This document shows positions 9,819-20,629 of a stretch of DNA of 64,000 nt, piece by piece. A program made the position numbers and the translations under genes. Below the pieces are notes generated by a model. The model was not told the origin of the DNA. It saw only the letters and a list, made by a program, of their open reading frames with translations, and made no database searches. Positions within the stretch are counted from its first letter, which is position 1, and the number at the start of each line of letters is the position of its first letter. The DNA is from an uncultured delta proteobacterium (GTDB lineage Bacteria > Desulfobacterota > Desulfobacteria > Desulfobacterales > SG8-13): the NCBI GenBank assembly GCA_963848135.1, contig CAWKCK010000017.1, positions 682,001 to 746,000 on the forward strand. Reading direction: 5' to 3'.

Positions 9819-10130
9819 ATGAAAAGACAATATAATTTCGACTGTCCGGTTGCCCGAACCCTCGATATCATCGGTGAACGCTGGACTATTCTTATTTTGC
9901 GAGATTTGTTTTTAAACGAATCAAGACGTTTTCAGGATTTTTTGGAATCGCTGAAGGGGATTGCACCCAATACCCTCTCAAGTCGTTTGAAGGTGCTGGA
10001 GGCCGAGGGTATTGTTGAGCGGAAAATGTATACAGAACATCCTCCGAGGCTGGAATACCTTCTAACAAAAAAGGGTATGGATTTGGGCCCAGCACTTAAA
10101 GCCCTTAGGGATTGGGGTACTATGTATTAA
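9819..10130 (+). CDS. HxlR-family regulator (N-terminal CP redox motif)
   Basis: DCPVARTLDIIGERWTILILRDL...GIAPNTLSSRLK.LE...PPRLEY.LT.KG. Confidence 0.92.
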   Translation: MKRQYNFDCPVARTLDIIGERWTILILRDLFLNESRRFQDFLESLKGIAPNTLSSRLKVLEAEGIVERKMYTEHPPRLEYLLTKKGMDLGPALKALRDWGTMY

Positions 10131-10224
10131 GGTAACTTTACTGAGGTCAAACTACCAGGAATCATTTAATCAAGGTTTTAGTTCTTAATAATAACACGCA
10201 ATTGTTTGTTAAGTGCTTCTTTGA

Positions 10225-10731
10225 CTAAATGACGTTTCTGTTGATAAATCTCAATATAGATTCTCGGGCAGGACCTGCTGGACTTCCTTCCAAATGCTTG
10301 TAGCATGGAAGGCAGAGGCATACTGAGCCTTTGATACGGCAGATGCTTCGGCCTTCAATTAGCCGATCGCAAAGATCACATATTGAATTGCTTTCCAGGC
10401 TTTTGGTTATCATTAACTCTTCTGTTTTCTTTAATAATTTCGCACCTATGCCATATCTTAAATCTCGTAATTTTTTAAGTTCATTACACCAGCGAATCCG
10501 CACTCTATAACCTGCAAAGGTGTCAGGGGCGGGCGATTTAGCGAGTAAATCCGGCATTACGATTGTCGTCTCATTGCCGGGCACCAACGGCAGATGGCTC
10601 TCAATATAGATACCACCTTGGCTGAAGTTGAGCAATCGAGCGACAGCAAGCTCCTCTGTATCTTGTATTTTAAACTGGAGCGGAACTTCGACCTCGTTTC
10701 GGGTGAGTGTCCGATACTCCGTGCTGATCAT
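10225..10731 (-). CDS. PilZ-domain protein with C-terminal Cys-rich (Zn-finger-like) tail
   Basis: RxxxR (EYRTLTR) and NFSQGG PilZ motifs; C-terminal CDLC...C......CLCLPC. Confidence 0.75.
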   Translation of the reverse strand: MISTEYRTLTRNEVEVPLQFKIQDTEELAVARLLNFSQGGIYIESHLPLVPGNETTIVMPDLLAKSPAPDTFAGYRVRIRWCNELKKLRDLRYGIGAKLLKKTEELMITKSLESNSICDLCDRLIEGRSICRIKGSVCLCLPCYKHLEGSPAGPARESILRFINRNVI

Positions 10732-10813
10732 GAATATAATCCTTTCTTGCTCCGATCCTCCCTTGGATCTGTTTTTAAGTGTATCAAATATTCTATATCG
10801 GAAGACCTAACCC

Positions 10814-11194
10814 TTAGATCGCGGAATGATTCTTATCACTCTTTTTAACTGCCGATAATTCTTTATAGAGTTTCCTGCATGCTTTTTTGCAGTCGATACA
10901 ATAGGTAGTAACGGGTCGCGCTTTGAGTTGCTTCAGGGCAATTTCTTCACCACAAATTTCACAAATCTTGAATGTGCCTTTGCCTAATCTTTTGAGAGCA
11001 TTCTTTATCTTCCGAATAAGCTTGCTTTCGCGATCCCTGATGCGAAGAGCCAAATCCCAATCAGTTTCCAAGGACATCCCGTCAAGAAGGCCGGACGCGT
11101 ATACCGTTGTATCCAGCAGTCCAATAATAGTGTGATCATCTCGCTGCAGAAGATGATCCCATTCCTTAAAGGATTTCAACTCTGAATTTTTTAT
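10814..11194 (-). CDS. dksA: DksA/TraR C4 zinc-finger paralog, atypical (ATA start, altered coiled-coil tip); possibly a pseudogene
   Basis: LRIRDRESKLIRKIKNAL..L..GTF.ICEICGEEI....LKARPVTTYCIDC. The homologous N-terminus begins ATA-AAA-AAT-TCA-GAG after a GGGGGG RBS. Confidence 0.7.
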   Translation of the reverse strand: MKNSELKSFKEWDHLLQRDDHTIIGLLDTTVYASGLLDGMSLETDWDLALRIRDRESKLIRKIKNALKRLGKGTFKICEICGEEIALKQLKARPVTTYCIDCKKACRKLYKELSAVKKSDKNHSAI

Positions 11195-11262
11195 AAGTCA
11201 CCCCCCGCAACAACCTCATTTTATGGTTGTTGCCCCGAAACCTTGTGCCACTCTGGATAGCC

Positions 11263-11673
11263 TTAATTCTCCAATAAAGACGCTTTAGATCGAGCTGTGG
11301 TGTTACATCGCCTCTCTTTTGATCGAAATGGATGTGAACTATTACATGATTTGATCAACCGATTTTTGCCCAAAATGCCGTTAACCGACTCCTTGAGTCT
11401 GTCGATAGCATCCTCACTTCGGATGAAGTAAACAAGCACCGGGAATTCCGGACATTTTTGTTTAATTTCAAGCAGAAGAGTAAAGCTGTCGAACCCCTCT
11501 GACAGAGTATTCAGCAGCATCATGTCCGGCTGAAACTCTTCTATGTGTTCCCAGAGCGAATCGGCATCATCAACAATTGCCGTCCGATATCCTTCTTCGC
11601 GCAGTGATTTGGAAACCAAGTACCGGTTATGGGGTTGATCATCCGCAATGAGAATATGGGCTATTTGGTCCAT
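11263..11673 (-). CDS. Stand-alone receiver domain, atypical (acceptor Asp replaced by Asn)
   Basis: HILIADD, then PDMMLLN at the position normally PDLVLLD. Confidence 0.7.
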   Translation of the reverse strand: MDQIAHILIADDQPHNRYLVSKSLREEGYRTAIVDDADSLWEHIEEFQPDMMLLNTLSEGFDSFTLLLEIKQKCPEFPVLVYFIRSEDAIDRLKESVNGILGKNRLIKSCNSSHPFRSKERRCNTTARSKASLLEN

Positions 11674-11718
11674 CGATTGATCCTCGCATTTTATCGATTT
11701 TTGACATCTACTGGTAAA

Positions 11719-12216
11719 TTATTGGCCATATTGTAGAAACCTTCCGCCTTTCTTATGATTTATGTTTCCCAGGAGCTCTTGCACCGCATCGATGCCGAAC
11801 GGTTTAAACAACCACCCATCGGCCAGACCGGAGTTTAACTCGGCAGCGACATCGGATTGTGCAAACCCTGTCATGATCAAAACGCCTGTCATCGGGGAAT
11901 CATCCTTTACTGCTATAGCCAACTGGTAGCCATTCAGATCCGGCATGTCGTAGTCAGTGACCAATAGATCAAATTGTTCTGCTAAGATTGACAGTCGCGC
12001 CTCATTACCTCCCGAGGCTTTTTTAACATTGCATCCTATGCATTCGAAAATGGCGGCTACCACTTCGAGCACATCTTTATCGTCATCGACGACGATCACC
12101 TTCATTGGTTCGGGATCTGAATGACCGTTGAATTGCTTTCGGTGACGATCTGTCCCCCTATTCGCTGTTGTCATCTCGATCGGGTCTTCGATTTCGTCCA
12201 TTTGGATGCCCTCCAT
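11719..12216 (-). CDS. Response regulator receiver protein
   Basis: VIVVDDD, FDLLVTDYDMPDLNG, IMTG, FKPF. Confidence 0.85.
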   Translation of the reverse strand: MEGIQMDEIEDPIEMTTANRGTDRHRKQFNGHSDPEPMKVIVVDDDKDVLEVVAAIFECIGCNVKKASGGNEARLSILAEQFDLLVTDYDMPDLNGYQLAIAVKDDSPMTGVLIMTGFAQSDVAAELNSGLADGWLFKPFGIDAVQELLGNINHKKGGRFLQYGQ

Positions 12217-12468
12217 TATTTAAATCCCGAATAGTCCAGATGGGTATTAAGTGCATCATGAATCTAACGCCGATTTAATCGATGATCTCAAGCTTTATGC
12301 GCCTTTTATGTTTTCAGCCACGGCAGAGGAGATCGTGCGCAACGCTTCGACTGTTGAGATGGTTAGAGCCGGTGTGAGGATATTTGGGGAACTATGTTAT
12401 ATTGGAATATTATTTGGGGAATAACAAGACGAGTTAGCTATGAGTATAATATGGGGATAAAACCAATA

Positions 12469-12705
12469 CTACTCAATTTGAGTAAGGTACGTTTTCAGAT
12501 TGACGGCTTTGTGTTTCAAGCCCAGATTGCGGCGAATGTTGTGCCGGTGAAAATCGATCGTGCTGGTCGCCAACCCCATCAGTGCCGCAATTTCCTTTGT
12601 GGTTTTTCCTTGGCGTATAAGGTTAGCGACCTGGCTCTCAGCAGGAGAGAGCCGTGTCATTCCCATGGAAAGCCGCTGCGCCAGGGGGAAGACGATATCA
12701 TCCAA
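12469..12705 (-). CDS. LuxR-type HTH protein (probably a truncated PAS-LuxR regulator)
   Basis: [45 protein letters not shown], with no sensor domain. Confidence 0.7.
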   Translation of the reverse strand: MDDIVFPLAQRLSMGMTRLSPAESQVANLIRQGKTTKEIAALMGLATSTIDFHRHNIRRNLGLKHKAVNLKTYLTQIE

Positions 12706-13193
12706 GTTCGATTCAATTACAATCCCTTCCGGTTGTTATCCTGGAATCCATCTGGTTAGTCCTCCTAATTTTACTCAGTAAGCCAAGGTATTTTATAAAA
12801 ATTGTCTTTCAGCAAGAAATCAGCTGGACCGGAGGGATTTGGCCTCCGGGTTTTTTTAGGACATCGAAATCGGAATGATTTACCTGCGATGATAGGGTAC
12901 TCGCAGATTTTCCTTATTCATAATCACGTTTGGCATTATGAGTTGATTTTCTCCCTCAATTTACCAGATGCCTTAAATGTCACAACTCTCCTTGGCCTTA
13001 ACATCATTGCCTCCTCTTTTAACTATCTAAATTTAAATTATTTATACTAATAAAGTTTGGTAATATAGGGTTTTTGGTTTAGATTTATCTTTGATCCTCT
13101 TCATATAATGACTAAGGTCACTGAACTGCTTCGGTGCTTACGCGGGCCTGATCGATTGCCGCGGGACTGTTGGTTCAAATGGCGTCTCGCCTC

Positions 13194-13442
13194 CTACTCC
13201 AGAGCGATGACAATTTTCTCGTTCTTTTTATGCTCTTCGATTTCGACCAGCGTTCCTTGTGCGTCAGGATTTTCCGAGAGTCTAATAATTTCCTCTATAT
13301 CAATTCCCTTGTCCTGAAGGATTGCTGTCAATCTATAAGGGATTAGCTTGGATGCAATTTTGAGAATATTACCAGGAATAGTTATGGTTGTTTCCGGTTC
13401 TGTTTCGCCTCTTTTGAATACACGAATCTTCAAGTTGGCCAT
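13194..13442 (-). CDS. Small hypothetical protein
   Basis: RBS AGGAGG; 82 aa MANLKIRVFKRGETEPETTITIP...KIVIALE. Confidence 0.7.
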   Translation of the reverse strand: MANLKIRVFKRGETEPETTITIPGNILKIASKLIPYRLTAILQDKGIDIEEIIRLSENPDAQGTLVEIEEHKKNEKIVIALE

Positions 13443-13677
13443 GTCTCTTGCCTCCTAATACTCAATTTCCGATGCCTTATGGTTTATCGAGAACATCGAA
13501 AAGCAAACAGGATTGTCAAACTTGTGAAAGCTTGCCACTAAATATACCTTTCAATCCGCTAAAATCTTTCCAAATACCGTGTTCGAATCACAAAGATTCA
13601 AGATGTTTTCCATCTGTTCATGAAATTTTTAAATACGCACAGAACAGATTGATTTCATTTATTTTTATGAACCATTA

Positions 13678-13995
13678 TCAGGATGTAATGCTTTCGCTTA
13701 TTTCGTAATGCTGTGATCTATCATCATGTCTTTAAAGCACTTTTCTTGCTTTTTCAGGTACATATTATTTCTGGTAATTCACCCCAGCGATCTGTTTCAC
13801 TGCTTCCAAAGAATCAAAACGCATGATCGTAATAAACTCTACCTCGTTGGCTAATTCTCTTCTTAGAAGCTGGATTCCGCGATAACCTGATACATTTTAG
13901 GATGCGATTGTAGGGAATATTTCAGTTTTTAGGAGGGTCCCATATATGTCTGCATTTTCGAGTGTTGTCCAGCCATGCCAGATTCTGGATATCAT
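13678..13995 (-). pseudogene. Antibiotic-biosynthesis-monooxygenase-like (dimeric alpha/beta barrel) pseudogene with three in-frame TAA stops
   Basis: MISRIWHGWTTLENADIY..LL.TEIFPTIAS*NVSGYRGIQLLRR...EVEFITIMRFDSLEAVK..AG..YQK*YVPEKARKVL*RHDDRSQHYEI. Confidence 0.75.
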
Positions 13996-14177
13996 TTTTC
14001 AACGTCCTTCAATTTGAGAATTTAGCATGAAAAAGGGACCTCTATCAGAGTGTGCCTTCTTGCCATTTTGTGGAAATTCAGATTCTGAGAATTTTCAATG
14101 GATAGGATCTGGCTATCTCAATATCTAAAGTCGCTCTTGGGGATGTTTAAATACCAGCTTATTTTTTAATCAAAGGA

Positions 14178-14486
14178 TTACCAGAGCCCAATACCGTAAA
14201 CATTGTACTGTGTTTTGGCACCCAGATGTTTCTCCATCTTATTGACTATTTCTAACCTTTTTGGATTTTTTTTCCATTCCTGCCAATGTTCTTTGGTCGT
14301 CCATTTGCTTATAACAATGCACTCCTCCGGACGTTCCAGATTATATATTGTTTCACCAGATAAATATCCAGGTTGCCTTACAGAAAGCGACCTGATTTCG
14401 ACTAAATCAGGATGAAGAACTTTTGCATTAACACCATCTTTTGTTATTCTCTTAATTAGAACTCCTATGGCCATGTTGCTCTCCAT
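14178..14486 (-). CDS. Antibiotic biosynthesis monooxygenase (ABM) family protein
   Basis: RS...QPGYLSGET.......C.VISKW.T.E.WQ.W...P.R. Confidence 0.8.
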   Translation of the reverse strand: MESNMAIGVLIKRITKDGVNAKVLHPDLVEIRSLSVRQPGYLSGETIYNLERPEECIVISKWTTKEHWQEWKKNPKRLEIVNKMEKHLGAKTQYNVYGIGLW

Positions 14487-14810
14487 ACTACTATTAATTA
14501 AATGTGAAATTTTGAAAGGGGAGTGGTGTGGACTGTAGGGAGCTTAGCGAAAAAAGACAGGGCAGCTTCAGGCACAATGTAGGCTAATAACAATTAAATC
14601 GATATGGCAAGAATTGTCAAGATTTTTGGGCGTCGATTAAAGACCGAAACTCCACTTACCTTGCCAATCTCGGAACCATCTAAATTTTCGTGTATCATAA
14701 CGATACAGTCTGGCTATCTCACCAAATCCCAGGGGGTGATAGGTGTGGAACCATAGCAACAGGCGCAAGTTTTAACTACCAGACGATCACAAACATCTCC
14801 CTAATATTTC

Positions 14811-15179
14811 CTAATTTAGACCTGCCTTGCGAAGACCTTCAACAATTTTAGCTCGATCCTTCTGTTTTCGAAAAACAGAACCATAACTATTGATCTCGAA
14901 AAACGGTTCGAGCAGAAGAACTTCCTGCGTTTCACGCTCAGCATCATCTAAGCGACCAGCTTGTGCATATGTGGCAGCGAGAATGATATGATTACCAGCC
15001 CAGTCCTTTTTTCGACTCACACCCTCTTCTAACACCTTGATAGCTTTATCATATAGTCCTCTTAAGTAATAGCCAATCCCAAGAAACATGTAACTACCCG
15101 GCACCTGATTTGGATCGAACCGAAATGCTGTCTCCAAGGAATGGATAGCTTCATCTGTCTTACCCGACCAAAGCATCAC
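14811..15179 (-). pseudogene. TPR C-terminal fragment (typical tail of adenylate-cyclase/TolB-N TPR proteins), 5' end cut by a repeat
   Basis: TPR repeats ending ...GLRKAGL; no RBS or proper start; abuts the repeat at 15199. Confidence 0.6.
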
Positions 15180-15198
15180 TTGACCAACATTCCTGACT

Positions 15199-15277
15199 GA
15201 CTATAGCGGAACGACATCTTCCTTGTACCTGCGGCAACGTCACCAAAGGCGAGCAAGCCTCGGCAATCGCTCAAATT
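15199..15277 (-). repeat. 79-bp partial copy of a MITE-like element (inverted relative to 19106-19184)
   Basis: Reverse complement matches 19106-19184 at 75/79 positions (manual alignment). Confidence 0.85.
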
Positions 15278-15387
15278 TGGTATCAGTATCACAGGTTTAA
15301 TAGATCGTGAAGATTGACGCTTGTAACCTATTGCTAAGTAGACTATACGTGCCATTTTGCGAGTTATTAGATAAATGGGGCAAAACA

Positions 15388-16080
15388 TTGATAGGAACCG
15401 TCGTTAATACATTTAGCATCATCATTGGTAGCCTGATTGGCTTGTTTTTTAAAGGAAGCATACCTGAAAAATACAGCAAGACAATCATGCACGGTGTTGG
15501 TCTTGCTGTCATTCTGATCGGCCTTAAAACAGCGCTTAAAACTGATGCGATCCTGATGGTAATTATTAGTCTCGCAATCGGGAGTTTTTTGGGAGAGTTG
15601 CTTCGAGTCGAAGATAGACTGGATCAACTCGGCAATTGGATAGGAAGACGACTCTCAAAAGATAGCGAGGGGATTTCAAAAGGCTTTGTGAGTGCCAGCC
15701 TGCTCTATTGTGTGGGCGCGATGGCGATTATTGGTTCAATGGAGAGCGGCTTGACGGGAAATCACCAGACACTGTTCGCCAAATCCATCCTTGACGGGAT
15801 TGGATCGGTCCTATTTGCATCAACATTAGGTATTGGCGTTATTTTTTCTGCTGTCTCCGTTTTTATCTATCAAGGTCTTCTTACATTAACCGCATCATCG
15901 ATCAAACCATTTTTATTACCCGAAGTGGTTTCGCAAATGTCTGCCGTTGGGGGACTGCTCATTCTGGCTATTGGCATCGGTCTGCTGGAGATTAAGAAAA
16001 TAAAGATTGGCAACATGCTCCCGGCAGTATTTATTCCTCTTGTTTACCAATTTTTGAAACACTTTTATGAGATACTTTAA
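15388..16080 (+). CDS. DUF554 (YdfK-like) membrane protein
   Basis: GTVVN...IIGSLIG, GFVSASLLYCVGAMAIIGS, AKSILDG, NMLPA; TTG start at 15388. Confidence 0.9.
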   Translation: MIGTVVNTFSIIIGSLIGLFFKGSIPEKYSKTIMHGVGLAVILIGLKTALKTDAILMVIISLAIGSFLGELLRVEDRLDQLGNWIGRRLSKDSEGISKGFVSASLLYCVGAMAIIGSMESGLTGNHQTLFAKSILDGIGSVLFASTLGIGVIFSAVSVFIYQGLLTLTASSIKPFLLPEVVSQMSAVGGLLILAIGIGLLEIKKIKIGNMLPAVFIPLVYQFLKHFYEIL

Positions 16081-16336
16081 AACTCACTGATTTTGAAAAC
16101 GCTTTTTGATCCATGCGCTTCTGAAATCAGAGTGGGCAGAATGTTCCTTTACCTCTCAACTCTTTACAGCGTGTGAATTCAACTTCATAATAGTTGAGAG
16201 CATCACACATAAAACGTAGCCAAAGAAACGACAGGTTACTTACCACACAATCAATTGTCGGAAGTCGGAACAATTGTCAGGATAGCATCTGGCTATATTC
16301 AGAAAATCGACCACGTGATAGATCAAGGATCATAGC

Positions 16337-16444
16337 GAGACTGTCGAAAAAGTCCGATTCTGATATTTTTTCTAATTTCGCATGGTTGAAAATCAGATAG
16401 TTATGAACCCTGAAATAATTCTTTTAGGATTTTTCGACAGTCTC
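16337..16444. mobile_element. 108-bp MITE with IS1182/IS5-like terminal inverted repeats
   Basis: Perfect 15-bp TIR GAGACTGTCGAAAAA ... TTTTTCGACAGTCTC, AGC on both flanks, and no ORF inside. Confidence 0.75.
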
Positions 16445-16600
16445 AGCTGATAGTACCACCCGCCTCTTTCTTTTGTTTTGTTGGATCAATCTGTAACGCT
16501 CGCCTAAGCTGCACCTGGAGCAACGCGGAAGGTGCCATTCTTGAGACGTTTGTTATATGTTTTTGGCTCCGATTCTGTGACCAGCAGACTGTAAGGGCCT

Positions 16601-16639
16601 AAAGAAAAGGCGGCGTTTCAGATTGTATTGAAACGCCGC
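16601..16639 (-). terminator. Intrinsic terminator after katG
   Basis: GCGGCGTTTCA...TGAAACGCCGC stem with an A-tract on the + strand upstream (U-tract on the - strand). Confidence 0.6.
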
Positions 16640-16772
16640 GCTTATATGTTGCCAATAGCTTATATCGTTCAGAACATCCGTTAATTTTATTTGTGGCAGT
16701 TATCACTTCCTGATCATCCGATATGCAGTTCAGAATACGCTTCAGAAGCCCTCGAAGACGTTTATGCGACGA

Positions 16773-18998
<2,226 letters not shown>

Positions 18999-19092
18999 TC
19001 ATGCACCATGCTGCTATGAATAGCGTGCTTCGGTGCCCATCTATATCTAATTAACTTTTGCGGACTCATCGATTGATTTTTAGTGACTATTG

Positions 19093-19270
19093 GAAACTTA
19101 AACCTAATTTGAGCGCTTGTCGAGGCTTGCTCGCCTATGGTGACGTTGCCGCAGCTACAAGGAAGATGTCGTTCCGCTATAGTCGGCTATGTGGGACGGC
19201 ATATGACGCCGCAGATGTGGCAACCCTTTAGAGGCGGATAAAGACCGGCAATCCCGAAACGGTTTTAAAT
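19093..19270 (+). mobile_element. MITE-like element (fuller copy) between katG and the katA relic
   Basis: Core 19106-19184 is repeated at 15199-15277; imperfect terminal IR; CAAGG...GACGCCGCAG core shared with other local elements. Confidence 0.6.
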
Positions 19271-19398
19271 ATTAAAATCAAACGATGATAGAATTCCTTA
19301 AAAAAAAGCAGTTCCCCCTCTATTTATAATTTGAAACGTTCACTTTAGGTTAAAGGATCTTTAGAAGAACGTCGCACCATTTTTTGAGCACAAAATTT

Positions 19399-19475
19399 GC
19401 GGCCGGCTGTCATTACATTCTGATTATCAGCGACAGAGCACCAACATTATCGGTCAGTTTTTTCTTTTCATACAT
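19399..19475 (-). pseudogene. katA: 5' relic of monofunctional heme catalase
   Basis: RBS AAGAGG, then MYEKKKLTDNVGA[1-nt frameshift]PVADNQNVMTAGR, matching the conserved KLTT.AGAPV.DNQN..TAG catalase N-terminus. Confidence 0.7.
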
Positions 19476-19518
19476 CTTGACCTCTTCATTAATTTAATAA
19501 TAGAAACAAAATATCATA

Positions 19519-19533
19519 TGATAATGACTATCA
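19519..19533. promoter_or_regulatory. Fur/PerR-type 7-1-7 box upstream of the katA relic and katG
   Basis: TGATAAT-G-ACTATCA, one mismatch to TGATAATnATTATCA. Confidence 0.65.
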
Positions 19534-19553
19534 ATTAGCGGCAAAAAAATATA

Positions 19554-19997
19554 TCAAACTTTCTCTGCCATACAATTGCTGCATATACCGAAAAAGTCCA
19601 ACCTATGATTCAGAATTTTGAAATTAGTCTCTAATGCGACCTTTTTTTCCATTTCATCCAAACTATCCAAGGCTGGGTCGACAATTTTTTTACACTTGAT
19701 ACAGATGACGTGCGGGTGAGGGGTAGGCTTGTTTCCATCATAGCGGTTACTCCCATCTGGGAACCCTAACTCAAGGACTTCACCAAATGATTTAATTAAT
19801 ACAATATTTCTGTATACAGTGGCAAGACTCATTGTTGGAAATTCTTTTTTTATCTGGACATGGATATTTTCAACACTGGGATGGCCTTCACTTTTGGCAA
19901 GAATTTTAGCGATAGCCAGCCGTTGAGGCGTTATCTTGTGGCCATTATCCCTTAATTTTTGGATGATGATTTCAGATCTATTTTTATGGTCTGCCAA
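19554..19997 (-). CDS. perR: Fur-family peroxide regulator PerR
   Basis: KITPQRLAI, HPS, SLATVYRN, RYD....HPHVICIKC and GICSNC Zn motifs; adjacent to catalase. Confidence 0.85.
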   Translation of the reverse strand: MADHKNRSEIIIQKLRDNGHKITPQRLAIAKILAKSEGHPSVENIHVQIKKEFPTMSLATVYRNIVLIKSFGEVLELGFPDGSNRYDGNKPTPHPHVICIKCKKIVDPALDSLDEMEKKVALETNFKILNHRLDFFGICSNCMAEKV

Positions 19998-20018
19998 CTG
20001 AAGCCTCTTTATTCTAAA

Positions 20019-20033
20019 TAATAATATTTATCA
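20019..20033. promoter_or_regulatory. Second Fur/PerR-type box (autoregulation of perR)
   Basis: TAATAAT-A-TTTATCA, two mismatches to consensus, about 20 bp before the perR start. Confidence 0.5.
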
Positions 20034-20629
20034 TTTAACATTGATTTTCTTTTCAGTCAACGCCTATTTCAATCGTTCACATATGATCACTTCATTGGTT
20101 AATTTCTACCAATTTTAATCTGTTCAATAATGGTATAATCGCTCGGTTTTAGATTTTTATTTTGAAGCGATGATTTCTTTTGTCAAAGCTCACTTTTAGT
20201 TAGTTTGAAAAAATAAGTTTTATCTCGTACAGCTTGCCAGTCTCGCAATAAACTGATTTTACGTGGTTACATCTGTCTATCAAAACCGTTCGGTCATAAA
20301 AACATCGCAACGGTATATTGGATTCATTGCAAATAATTTCGTTTTTAAAAGACAACGCCATTCTCTGAACAGTGCCATTCATTTGACAAAAACCCAATAA
20401 TATATGGAATTGCGTTTTCAACTCAAACGGCACAGGCCAAATTACTCGCGAGATTCAGGCATTACAACGACCAATCAATTTCCAGGGCCGAATCCCGGCA
20501 TGTTGACAATTCTTCATTCTTGACAAAACAGACTTCAGAAGATAAAGTTTGGTTCTCTCCAACCGCGCATACCCAACCAATCCCGGCGCCATAGCCGGGA
20601 ATCCATATTCGTTGTAGAAGGGCCCTGTT

